NCBI RefSeq assembly: GCF_006345805.1
Contig: NC_043009.1
Coordinates: forward strand, 32,364,001 to 32,428,000
Origin: Octopus sinensis
Lineage: Eukaryota
DNA: 64,000 nt
Direction: 5' to 3'
Part shown: piece by piece, positions 13,535-27,108 of the stretch
Layout: every line of letters starts with the position of its first letter
Numbering within the stretch: position 1 is the first letter of the stretch
Notes under the pieces: model-generated
What the model saw: the letters and a program-made list of their open reading frames with translations, nothing else
Told to the model about the DNA's origin: nothing
The model's database searches: none
Position numbers and translations under genes: made by a program

Positions 13535-13889
13535 CTTTTACTTGTTCCAGTCATTTTGACTGTGGCCATGCTGGAACAACGCCTTTACTCGAGCAAATCG
13601 ACCCCAGGACTTATTCTTTGTAAGCCTAGTACTTATTCTATCGGTCTCTTTTGCCGAACTGCTAAGTTACGGGGACGTAAACACACCAGCATCAATTGTC
13701 AACATATACACACACACATATATACATACATATATACGACGAGCTTCTTTCAGTTTCCGTCTATCAAATCCACTCACAAGGCTTTGGTCGGTCCGAGGCT
13801 ATAGTAGAAGACACTTGCCCAAGGTGCCACACAGTAGGACTGAACCCGGAACCATGTGGTTCGTAAGCAAGCTACTTACCACACAGCCA
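13535..13889 (-). mobile_element. SINE family A, near full-length, well-preserved copy
   Basis: Minus strand: TGGCTGTGTGGTAAGTAGCTTGC...CCGGGTTCAGTCC...CCTTGGGCAAGTGTCTTCTACTATAGCC...GTGAGTGGATTTGATAGACGGAAACTG, short TA/TG tract, tail CCAGCATGGCCACAGTCAAAATGACTGGAAC. Confidence 0.9.
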
Positions 13890-14140
13890 TGATTTTATTC
13901 CAATATTTTGTTTATTATATATGTTTACATCATTTTGTTATACACCACATCTGAGCATCTTGTAGTTTGTGAGAAATGTTTTTAATTTCCGAAATCTTTA
14001 ACACTTTCTGAACCAACAGTCTCAGCCTTAATTCTTGTGCTGCTAAGTTAGTGCTATGAGATGCCCGTGTTTAATCTTTCCGTTATTAGTTACTGCCTAA
14101 GGTTTTTTCTTGACATCTCTTGTAATTATCATTATTATTT

Positions 14141-14806
14141 TACTTCTCAGAGCTCTCGATCTTACTCGTTATGATTGATTCTGTGAGAGCAGACAGCAAC
14201 ATGTTTTCAGAGGTCTCACAGGATCTCTTTCTGCAAATTATAAGCTTTGATACTTGGATGTTAACTTATCCTGGAATACACTCAATACACGAGCACCAAT
14301 CTCAAAATCCTAACTCTCCCCAGTAGAACGGCTTTGGGGCCTGCCCTAACCTCATGTCAATTCCAGTTTCTCTGGCATACTTCTTGAATCAGGTTGTTAG
14401 TATTCCGAGTGTCCTTACAACTACTGCAATTACAGTTACACTCCTCATTGCCCACGTTATTGCAATTTCGTCATCTAGTAGACTCTCTCTACTTTTTCCA
14501 GCTCTTTGTCATCTATGCTTGCATCCCAGGTATGGCAATATCTATGATTTTGGTTTCCTTTTTTCTTTTATCTCCCACAACAGTGTCTTGTCTCCGGGCA
14601 TAGATTGGGGAGTCACATGGGATTGTGAGATCCCACAGAACCTTATATTCATTGCTCTCAGTTACGCCCTCAAGTTCATGTTTGTACCATTTCCGTGCTC
14701 TTCCCAGGCAGTACTTTTTACACAGTCTCTAGTGAACAAACTGAGCGACGATACTGTACTCTTGGGCCAACTTGTTAAAATCACTCACAGTATGAGAGAC
14801 TGTTTC
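14141..14806 (-). mobile_element. R4/Dong-clade RLE LINE 3' fragment, decayed (stack copy 3)
   Basis: Manual translation ETVSH...VAQFVH*RLCKKY...KWYKHELEGVTES...KVLWDLTIPCD...RRQDTVV.DK..KETKIIDIAIPG covers the end of the CCHC finger and the PD..D nuclease region. Flanked by ATC/ATT repeats. Confidence 0.75.
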
Positions 14807-14849
14807 ATCATCATTATCATCATCATCGTCATTATTATTATTATTATTG

Positions 14850-14881
<32 letters not shown>

Positions 14882-14950
14882 GTTGTTGTTGTTGTTGCTG
14901 CTGTTGTTGTTATCATCATCCTCACTATCATCATCATCATTATCATCATC
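14807..14950. repeat. Compound (ATC)/(ATT)/(GTT) microsatellite
   Basis: Directly visible; separates Dong copies 2 and 3. Confidence 0.95.
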
Positions 14951-15376
14951 TCTTTATCATAGATTTTGTTGGAGCTCCTGAAGTCTTGCATACGTAGCGA
15001 GCTAACTATTTGTAGCCTACGATACAATACTTTCCTGATTATTTAGGCTGTGTCAAGAAGGCAAAACATTTTGTAACAGTTCTACTGGGCACTCTATTTT
15101 AATTTCCTTTATATTCCTCTTGATGCCTTCTGATAATGTTCCCAAAGAACCAACAAAAATTGGCAGCATCTTCACCGTCTTTATTTTCCATTGCTGGGCT
15201 ATTTCGTACTTAAGAGGTTTGTATCTATCTTTTCGTCTTCCTTCTTGACTATTCGTAGGTCAAAGGGGCATGCAACATAAGCTATATAGTATATGTGGTG
15301 CACCTTGTCTACCACCACCAGGTCCTGTCTGTTATGCTCTAACACCTGATCTGTTTGGATTGAGTAATCCTAGACG
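14951..15376 (-). mobile_element. R4/Dong-clade RLE LINE 3' fragment with 3' UTR, decayed (stack copy 2)
   Basis: DYSIQTDQVLEHNRQDLVVVDKVHH...VACPFD...KYEIAQQWKIKTVKMLPIFVGSLG. The 3' UTR (CAGGAGCTCCAACAA) is shared with the fragment at 56232-56490. Confidence 0.8.
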
Positions 15377-15410
15377 ATTTATTATTATTATTATCATTAT
15401 TATTATTATT

Positions 15411-17358
<1,948 letters not shown>

Positions 17359-17440
17359 TTAGCCTTTCGTGGTCGATAAAATAAGTACCATGTAAACACT
17401 AGGGGTGATGTAATTGACTTCTCCACTCACCAGAATTTTT
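17359..17440 (+). mobile_element. SINE family B 3'-half fragment
   Basis: CCTTTCGTGGTCGATAAAATAAGTACCATGTAAACACTAGGGGTGATGTAATTGAC matches the family B central segment. Confidence 0.75.
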
Positions 17441-17699
17441 AAAACATTATTATTAATACTCCTACTTTCTCCTTCAATATAGATGGAAAATGCCCCGGGG
17501 TATTTTGTCATCTGTCAAGTCGCAACAAAGATCTCAGACAGATTATACTTTAAATGCCATCTTGCCATCCCTCTCTATTGTCTCTTCACAAAAATATTTT
17601 GAATCCTTGAAAAATAACTGTAAAATGTAGTATGGTTTTCTTCATTTCTGTTCTTAGTCTTTTTATGTAATTTTCGTTGTACTAACTTTTCAAACAATT

Positions 17700-17900
17700 T
17701 TAACGCACTGCACACCCATAATAACACACTTTGTTTGGATGTGTGTATGTGTTTACATGGCCAAATCTAGTAGGATGGGCAGCCGTGTCATGTTGCTTAG
17801 CCTGGTGGAAGATAGCTTGGCTGTTTTTTTACAACTGAATGCACTGAACTAACGGCACACGGGGGCCAGGCTGTGATGTGGATATAGCTGACACATATGA
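17700..17900 (-). mobile_element. Possible highly decayed mariner-like remnant
   Basis: Minus strand has TTCCACCAGG (FHQ-) and CATCCTACTAGATTTGGCC, resembling a degraded HPPYSPDLA. No TIR was found. Confidence 0.3.
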
Positions 17901-18414
17901 GTTACCACATTAATTTTTGTTCATAATTTTGGTCGATCCTTTGTTACGATAGAAGATTCTTGCCCAAGTAGGTTTAGCAATGGAAACAAAACTATGACGT
18001 AGATTACTAGAAACTATCTGAAGTATAAAACAGTCCGCCCATGCTTCTGTAACTGTTCCCTAAGATGACAACTAGCGTACTATAATTCCCTAGTTTAGAT
18101 TAGGAATTAAATGCTACCCTGTAATAATAAATTGATTCACAACAACATATGGAGACTTAGTAGAAGAACACTGCTACAAATGAAAAAAAGATAATCACTT
18201 CGCCTACCCAAATGCTTTAGAATGCTTCCAAACCGTTACATGAAATACAACAAAATAATGTTTGAAGCAAAAGACACATAGGAATTCTGGGATTTAGCAG
18301 TAGCTCAGTGATCCCTCTATTGGGACTTCAAACTCTGTTATATTACGGCAATGTGTGTAGTAAACTGATACAAGAGACAACGAGCTAAAATGTGTTTCGT
18401 GACAGAAATCTTAC

Positions 18415-18460
18415 ACTTCGGTACCACTGTTTTTGCAAGATATGCTTGTCATATCACATT
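18415..18460 (-). CDS. Candidate 46-nt exon
   Basis: Acceptor atctatttgttcag|AA and donor GT|gtaaga. One open frame: CDMTSISCKNSGTE (phase 1 to 2). Confidence 0.25.
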
Positions 18461-19244
18461 CTGAACAAATAGATATTACTTTTATATTTATATTTATTTC
18501 CGCGTTTTTTTTATTCTCTTGTTTAAGACAAAACGGAGAAAACTGCTTTGTAGATATCATACCTTTGAAGTTTTCATAATCAATAAAAAAAATCTTTGGT
18601 CTTCCTGTGAACTTCTCTTTTGGCTACAGAAAAGAAAAGTGAAAGCCAGAAAAATGCCCATTCCTACATATTCAAAGGAAGTTTTTAAGAATATATCTAT
18701 GAGAAATTTTCGCCAGAATCCACACATTTAACAATTTTTTTCTGGTGTATATCCAATAATTTTTGTTTAATCTAAGAATGGAACATGAACCTATAAGGAT
18801 ACATTTTACTTTGGGAAATTTGTTCAAAGGACTTTTATTCTTAGATTATTTCTTTTGAAATATTAGTATATTCATTGATTAATCCCACCTGTATGTTTCC
18901 ATAGCATTTAACAGATATTTCATACTATAAGACAATGATTGGCATTGTAAAAATAGAATCTATCATCGTGTCAAGAACGTATCACAGAGAAAGCGAAATA
19001 TACGAGACACATGGTCATACAATAAATGAAATTTAAATTTAGAAGCGTCGGTCAGACATTATTATTCTGGTCCAAATAATTCATCGGTTTACCTTTGAGT
19101 AGTTGCAAATATATTTACTAATTGCATGATACAATGCATATTTGGATTTGTTTCTTCTGAGTTTAAGTTGTTTATATGTGTGCTTATAAATACACATACA
19201 CACATATATTCAGATATATACATGTATATATGTATATAACACAG

Positions 19245-19540
19245 TAAATCCACAACCCTCGCCAGTCACATACATCATCTCAAAAATAGGAATATTCCAT
19301 ATAACTTGTCATGGTCCATAACAGATTCAGGACTTCAATACCAGAGTCAACGCTCAGCCTGTACGCTATGCCTCAAAAAAGCATTCCACATATTCTTTTC
19401 TCCTCTAGGTACAAGGCCCCGAAAGAATGAAAGGCAACGTTGACCTCAGGCAACCCGAATATTAAAACACAACTCTTCAAATCTACTAAAGAAGAATAAT
19501 GAGGCCCGAGGTACAAGCAACCACAGCTTTTTTCATACCT
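19245..19540 (+). mobile_element. Penelope-like element fragment (GIY-YIG C-terminal region), interrupted by a SINE B piece at about 19395-19450
   Basis: KSTTLASHIHHLKNRNIPYNLSWSITDSGLQYQSQRSACTLCLKKAFHI matches the PLE pattern T.LS.HIW.LK...I.W.I...C.LCL.EK..I. Confidence 0.7.
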
Positions 19541-19966
19541 TCAAATTTTATCTCACATCTGAATGCAACCTAAATCACCACACAGAACATATACCGAACA
19601 GCCCTTAGATAATCGCCAGCAACTTTAGTTGACTTCCCAGTATCTCAATTCTTTACGTTTAACAATTCTTTGTGCAACATTTCTGATGTGAAATCGTGCG
19701 TTGAAACAGATATTGTTGTATTCCGGGACGGTCATTATTTTGCCAAATAAACACTCGCACTATATATTTTTCTTCATTAGTTTATTACTGTTCTTATTTT
19801 ATTATTTTAACTGGCTGAAGAGGTCACAGATATGTGACGAAAGATTTCTGGACAATGGACATGAGGTAATATAATAAAATAAGAACAGTAACAAACAAGT
19901 GAAGAATGAATATATAGTGCATGTGATTATTTGGCACAAAAGATGACCTTCCCGAAATATATATAT

Positions 19967-20445
19967 ATAAACGAGGGAACAGCCACTTTTGAGAAATCTC
20001 GAGTTGCACATGAGAAAGTAAGGAGGGATGTCAGGAAGGGCATCGCTGATACACTTCCAGATGGGAAGGGTCTTCCTATGGTGCTGACATGCAGTGTCTG
20101 TGCAAGACCCAGCCTCACTAAAGCTGAACTCAAGAGTCATCTTTGTAGCCATAAAGCGAGACAGATGAGTGACAACCTGGCCACTGGTGGTGGTGTAACA
20201 CACCATACTAATCATATCTGTCGGGCATGTGGAAGAAAGTGTAATTCGGCAGGAGGACTTAAACGACATGCAAAGGTAAATGAAGCCCAGTTACAACTAC
20301 AGCCGGCTATTACCGGTAAAGGTTTTAGTTGCCAATTCTGTACAAGACAATGTAGATCTTTGGCTGGGTTACATTCGATCACAGCACTAGTAACAGTTAA
20401 GCTTCGTGCAATGGCCATACTCAATAACGAGGGGGCAGCCATAAT
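19967..20445 (+). mobile_element. RTE-clade LINE 3' fragment with three C2H2 zinc fingers, 3' UTR and (ATGT)n tail
   Basis: INEGTATFEKSRVAHEKVRRDVRKG matches the RTE post-thumb helix (G...FE..R....KR..RK). Three CxxC-x12-H units follow. The 5' junction lies in (TA)n. Confidence 0.75.
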
Positions 20446-20448
20446 ATG

Positions 20449-20480
<32 letters not shown>

Positions 20481-20919
20481 TGTATGTATATGTGTGTGTG
20501 CATATATATATATATATATACGTGTGCGTGTGAAATTGAGGGAAAACAACGCAAATATATTCTCAACTACACAAAGGTAAAATAGTGAATTGTGTCGACC
20601 AGAAATCAAATTCTTAGCAATTTCTGATCGACGATTCTAAATTTAAATTTAATTTACTGTATGACTATGCATCTCATTTATTTTGCTTTCTCTGCGATAC
20701 GTTTTTGACATGAAGATATAGTCTATTTTTACAAAGCCAATCTGTGTCTTATAGTATGAAATATCTGTTAAATTCTATGGAAACATACAGGTGGGATTAA
20801 TCAATGAATAGACGAATATTTGAAAATATAATTGTTATTAATGTCTATTATGGCACAGAGTATTCTTTCCTCAGACAGTCAATACAAACCCTATGCGTAT
20901 GTATGTGTGTATGTGTACA

Positions 20920-21206
20920 TAGTGAAGATTATTTGGCAACATTATATGGATATCTCCGTTGGAACGAATATTACTGTTATTTGGACCCAAGAAACATCGT
21001 CTCCAGCTGGCTATACGACACACTATCTGCGTTCTTATATTTTTGAACAAGAGAGTCTAGCATCCCCACTTACACTCCCTTGTTAAAAAATATAAGGACA
21101 CAGTGTGTCGTGTAACCAGCTGCGGACGATGTTTCCTGGAGCTAAATAACAGTAACATTCGCCCCAACCGGGACCGCCTCATTATGTTGCCAAATAATCT
21201 TTACTT
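20920..21206. mobile_element. MITE / fold-back element (287 bp, about 125-bp imperfect TIRs, about 30-bp spacer)
   Basis: Left arm AGTGAAGATTATTTGGCAACAT...GTTCTTATATTTTTGAACAAG is the reverse complement of right arm CTTGTTAAAAAATATAAGGAC...ATGTTGCCAAATAATCTTTACT. TA follows the right end. Confidence 0.8.
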
Positions 21207-21297
21207 TAGAGTACTGTAACTGGATCTGTCGTTGAGAGATTTAGAAATACTCAGTTTTTCTGCCTATGTTAGAAAGGAATACTTATCAGAGGATAAT

Positions 21298-21385
21298 GCG
21301 GCGAGCTGAGAGAATCTTTAGTGCACCGGACAAAATTTTGTAGCATTTCGTCCGTCCTTACGTTCTGAGATCAAATTCCACCGAC
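21298..21385 (+). mobile_element. SINE family B head fragment
   Basis: GCGGCGAGCTGAGAGAATC...CATTTCGTCCGTCCTTACGTTCTGAGATCAAATTCCACCGA. Confidence 0.75.
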
Positions 21386-23130
21386 TACCCACCTCTCCAG
21401 AAATTTCAGGCATTTTGCCAGCACCTAATCCAGAATTTACCACAGGACGAAATATTGAAGAATGTGTTTAGACATTTCCTTCGTAAGAAATTTCTAAGAA
21501 GGATGAAACCTCAGCTATTTCTTTAATTCCACATGAGATAAGATTTCCTCTCTGTTCTTCGACTTTCAACAATAAAACTTTACTTACCAAATGTCGAGTT
21601 CAAGTATGTCGAAAGGATGAGATAACACTGCACGTTATTGTCGGAAAAAAGTTTCATTTCTAGTGAGCTTCTAGAATCTGCTACAATCGAGAGTGAGGCA
21701 ATTTTCTATGAGGTTTTGAAAGGTTCAATACAGTTTAAATTAAGGGTGAACGTTCCGACTGCTCTTTCTCTCTCTCTCTCCCTTTCCTCTTTACCTCTCT
21801 CCTTCTCTCTTTTTATCTCTCTCTTTCTCTCTCTATCTCTCTCGCTTTTTCTCTCTCACGCTTTCTCTCTCTCTTCTCCTCTTTCTTTTTACCCCCCTCT
21901 CTTTCTCTCGATCGCTCTCTTTCTTTTTCTTTCTTTCTTTCTTTCTTTCATTGTGTGACAGGTAACCTTGAATCACAATGTAAGTGTTGCTGGCTCTACA
22001 ATAATAACAATTCTGGGTTGTGTTATATTGAAGTCTATGAGTGTATTCCTATTGCCATTATAAGAAGCATATTCTTCCTATTCTTGCCATCTATATTCCC
22101 TGAACCCATCATATTTCATCCAAGATATCTATTAATGAGTTGTTGTAAACAACATCATTTTATTGCAGGTTATTATTTTTTTCGCTATTCTTTTGAATCC
22201 ATGATTCTGATCACATATCAACCGTTCTAAATATTTGTGAAATAAAACAAAAACTATTTCCCAAATTAAAACAGATTCTAAACTTTCCTACGATTTTCCA
22301 AGTTTTAATGAAGTCCTTCAGAGAATGTTTTTGTATTGAACTAGATTGCTATGATAAAAATAAAAATAAAATTCTAAAACAAAACAAACAGAAAATTAGA
22401 AAGAAACAAAAGGAATTTGAACGAATAAACTATCTCATATAAATGTAGGGTTTCAAGGACGATTCATTAAATCTTGATGTATTCCTGAGAAATAGACTGG
22501 CAGATTAAAAAAAAAAAAAACACACTACGAAAAAGAATATGATGGCTGAAAGAGTAGATGGAAAGCAATTATTTCTCCGACATAGAAATTGCAAGAAACA
22601 CTGGCACAAACACTGCCAAGATCATTGGCAGATGTCCAATAGAGGATTTTTCACAGTGACTGGATTCGCCTATTGCACATCCAAACACTTCACTTGATAA
22701 ACCACTCCTGACTTTAGTTCCCCAACCCTAACTCATTATAGAAATTTCAAAACATTTTATTCAATTTTTTTTTCTATCAATTTTTACTCTGTTGAACAAA
22801 TGATGATAGAATTTATAATGCAAAATCCATTGTCCATATCATTTCATTATCGTATTCGATAAAATACTGATGCTAGCGTACAGTGTCTTGGGAAATCTCG
22901 AAATACAAACAATTTCTGTTAAAATACTCCCCAAATTAAAGAGTATTTGCAGTTATACCAAATCTAGCATTACAAAACCAAATATGGCACTTTACGGAAT
23001 TCCAGTCATACCGACAGGCATACATTCACTACATTCCTTACTTCCATACACATATAAATACATACATAACTACATACCATATATATATATATATATATAC
23101 ATGTGTGTGTGTATGTGTGAACATATACCT

Positions 23131-23159
<29 letters not shown>

Positions 23160-23163
<4 letters not shown>

Positions 23164-23923
23164 GGGTGCAATGTGTAGATTGTCGTTTTATACGTTCAAT
23201 TTCGCACATGCACATAGTTTGTTTTTGGTTTTATCGACTACACAGTATAGTAGGGTCAGTTGGATACCGTCAGCGAGAAAGACGGCTCAATGTCACAATT
23301 CACTCTGCCAGCAATTTTGAAACGACATGCCGTACTGCTTGGCATACACGCCGGAAGCTCCACTGAACATCAAGGTGTTTGGAGTGATCATTAGTGATGG
23401 AGACGTTATGCTTCCATTCATCTTCCCACACGGCCTCACACTCAAGACGGAGACCTATATCAAGTGCCGGTCAAGAGGGTGGCTGCTGGAAGAACCCACG
23501 TCCAGCAACAGGACTCTGCACCATGCCACACAAGCAGGAGAACCTAGTCAAGGCTGTCAGACAATTTTTGCGACCACATCACCCCTAATATTTGGTCCCC
23601 TAAGTCCCCAGACTTTAATACTCTTTATTATGTGTGGGGAGCAGTTGAGCGAGAGACCAATAAAAACTCTTTGTAACACCAAAGGTGAACTGAAGGCAAG
23701 GATTATGGCAACATTCACCAACTTAAACCAGAGGACTGTCCAGAAGCTTTGCAGGAGATTCCGAAGTCGTCTGGAGGCTGTGATTGAAGCCAATGGCGAT
23801 GTTTATTGCATAAACTTACTCTTTAGTATTCCAAGATATTTTTTATGTAATTTCTATACATATATCTGTTAAGATTAGATATCAGCAATATTATTTTTAT
23901 TTTTTACGTAATTTAGACGACTG
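23160..23923 (+). mobile_element. Tc1/mariner-superfamily element, DD37D (maT)-like, internally deleted and frameshifted
   Basis: KRHAVLLGIHAGS is fused directly to VFGVIISDGDVMLPFIFPHG. Another frame reads QQDSAPCHTSRRTQSRLSDNFCDHITPNI-PPKSPDFNTLYYVWGAVERETNK...FRSRLEAVIEANG, with 37 residues from the second D to the mutated third position. The right end is GACGACTG|TA; a matching left TIR was not confirmed. Confidence 0.8.
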
Positions 23924-23968
23924 TATATAGATAGATAGAGAGATAGATACATATAGACATCCATATAC

Positions 23969-24024
<56 letters not shown>

Positions 24025-24026
<2 letters not shown>

Positions 24027-26836
24027 AGGAGTTGCTATGTACATCCGTGGGGACCTCACACCCCAGGTCCTTTTGTCATACTCAAACTCTGTGTGTGACA
24101 CACTAATTGTACACATAAGGCAACTTGATGTAGTTGTGTGTGCTACATATCGCCCTCCAGATGCCCCAAGTCATATGGGCAAGTTTGAGGACTGCCTTTT
24201 AAAAATAGAAGAAGTTCGAATCACATTAGAACAACACATAAGTGTACTTCTCATGGGAGACTTCAATCTACCCAATATCAGATGGCCCGAGGGCCTTTCT
24301 CTCCCAGGAATGACAAGATGTGAACGAGGACAGGCGAGGTCCCTCCTGAACCTCATCAACACCCTGTACATGGAGCAAGTAATACTCCAACCAACCAGAG
24401 CAGGTAACACACTGGATCTCTGCTTCACAAATAATATGGATCTCATCCATAATGTGAAAGTGACACCGACACTACTCTCGGATCACAACATGGTAGAGCT
24501 GACCATGTACGGGCCAAAAGAGAGCACGGACATGCAGCCTACAAGAAACCCTCAGAATCTTTCCAGCTTGAACTTCAATAAGGCAAACTGGAAACAAATT
24601 GAGAAAGAGATCCTAAAACAAAACTGGCCTGAATGTCTCTCCTCGCCGGACATCGACATGATACTTCAACAATTCATGTCTGTAATGCAAGCCATATGCT
24701 ACAAATGTGTCCCAGAGAGAAAGGCCACTGTACACAAGAACAAAATCCCCAGAGAGAGGAAAATTTTAATGAGACGGCGTACAAAAATTTCAAATCGCCT
24801 AAACAAACAAATTGAAAGCAGTGAAAAGTCCCGCCTGAAAATAAAACTGTTGGAAATTGAAAATTGTCTGCAACTCTCCCATGAGAAGGAAAGAGCAGAC
24901 AAAGAAGCCTGGGCTATAGACAACATAAAAACTAACCCCAGAGCTTTCTACAGGTATGCCAAAGAAACAGCTACGGTGCACTGTAGGATAGGGCCACTCC
25001 TTGAAAAGAATGGCACACTCACAGGAAAACCAATGAGGGTAAGTGAAATACTGAATGAACAATTCAAGAGTGTTTTCACTCCACCCCTTGGGCATTTCCA
25101 AATCAGCAAACCAACTAACGTCTTTACCACTGCAGATATAGAATCAGAGGCGGCGACGATTAATTACATCGGTATAAAGGAAGACGATGTAATAAAAGCT
25201 ATAGATGAAATGAAAACAGACTCAGCTATTGGCCCCGATGGATTCCCGGCAATCCTCCTAAAAGTATGTAAGGGAGTCCTAGCAAGACCACTGCAGTTCC
25301 TCTTTCAGAGCTTCCTTGCAGCTGGCAAACTTCCAAGAAAACTGAAGGAAGGTAAAATATGCCCTATTCATAAAGGAGGTAGCAGAGCGGAGGCCAAGAA
25401 CTACAGACCTATCTCTCTGACCTCACACATCAGCAAGGTCATGGAACGAATAGTCAGAAGGAAACTAATCACCTTCCTTGAAGAAAATGACTTGCTGCCT
25501 GACACCCAACATGGTTTCCGACCAGGAAGAAGCTGCTTAACTCAGCTCCTGCAGCACTATGACTGGGTGCTGAAACAACTGCTCAACCACTCAAATGTGG
25601 AAGTCATATATCTCGACTTCGCAAAGGCCTTCGATAAAGTCGATCATGGAATGATATGTCACAAACTGCGTGATCTTGGCATAGTTGGAAAACTAGGAGA
25701 ATGGCTTCATGACTTTCTGAAGAATAGAAGTCAGGTGGTAGCAGCCAATGGGGCCACTTCCATTAGCACGCAAATAGTGAGCGGTGTTCCACAGGGCACT
25801 GTTTTGGGACCACGCGGAGAGCCACGATCACAAGTTATGCAGATGATACAAAAGTTTCACAGGCAATACAGAACCCTGAAGACACTAAGCACCTGCAATG
25901 TGAGCTGGACGAAATATACAAGTGGGCTGAAAAGAATAGCATGCAGTTCAATGCTGAAAAGTTTCAAGCTTTATACTATCAGCATGCAAAACTGAATGCA
26001 ATACCCAATGAATACACTGGACCCGGAGGGATTGCAATCCCAGAGGCACAATCAGTGCATGACCTGGGTATTCACATGAGTGATGACGCGACCTTTCATG
26101 TACATGTTGCTAAACTGACAATGAAATGCAGACGGCTGGATGGATGGATTCTTAGAACCTTTAGAACAAGAGAACAAGAAACCATGATGGTCCTCTGGAA
26201 GACACTTGTCCTAAGCCACTTTGACTATTGCTCTCAGCTATGGTCACCATCCAGTGTCAAGTTGATCACAGAACTTGAGGCGATCCAACGAAGCTACACG
26301 AAGAAGATAGCCTCTGTGCAGCATACGAGCTACTGGGAGAGACTCAAGAGATTAAAGCTGTATTCTCTGGAGCGTAGGCGAGAAAGATATGCCATAATAT
26401 ATATCTGGAAGATCCTGGAAGGTCTTGTCCCAGACTTTGGCATCGAGAGTCACACAAACGCCAGAACCGGACGCCACTGCGTAGTACCAAGGACTCCAAA
26501 TTTGCCATCAAGATGTAGGACAAGATATTGTGATAGCCTGGGCTTCAGAGGCCCACGGCTCTTCAATGTCCTCCCGAAGAACCTGAGGAACCTGCATGGT
26601 GTAGATGCGGATGTCTTTAAAGCAGGACTGGATCTCTTCCTGTCAGGTGTCCCGGATGAACCAACTTCACGGCAGGAGGTGCAGATGAGGGCAGCTGCAT
26701 CGAACTCTCTCATGCATCAGATGGCGTTTGCTAAAAAGCATCCGTGAGGTAAACCCGTGTAGCAAACCAAATGGCGGTGCCCCAGCATGGCCACAGCTCA
26801 TTAGCTGAAACTGGAAAAATCAAAATCAAAATCAAA

Positions 26837-26839
<3 letters not shown>
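24025..26839 (+). mobile_element. CR1/L2-group APE-RT LINE, 5'-truncated (2.8 kb), with complete 3' end
   Basis: Starts at GGVAMYIR inside the APE domain (YRPP, GDFNLP, TLDL, SDH motifs). RT motifs NYRPISLTS, QHGFRPGRSC, LDFAKAFDKV and GVPQGTVLGP follow. The 3' UTR ends in (AAAATC)4, and (TA)n flanks both sides. Confidence 0.96.
24037..26747 (+). pseudogene. LINE ORF2 (endonuclease plus reverse transcriptase) broken by one frameshifting deletion
   Basis: After GVPQGTVLGP (about 25812) the usual LLF...D segment is missing. The catalytic YADD (25836-25847) lies in the frame of ORF 25941-26747 (LSHFDYCSQLWSP, LKLYSLERRRERY, FNVLPKNLR). Confidence 0.93.
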
Positions 26840-26897
<58 letters not shown>

Positions 26898-26943
26898 ATA
26901 CATATTGATACCTATATATCATTATCATATGTATGTATATATA

Positions 26944-26985
<42 letters not shown>

Positions 26986-26997
26986 CACATACATATT

Positions 26998-27037
<40 letters not shown>

Positions 27038-27050
27038 TGTATATATATAT

Positions 27051-27108
<58 letters not shown>

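Noticed and set aside
19931-20533. Host C2H2 zinc-finger gene
   Set aside because: The fingers lack TGEKP linkers, follow an RTE-type helix, start in (TA)n and end in a retroposon-like UTR and tail. A LINE remnant explains them better.
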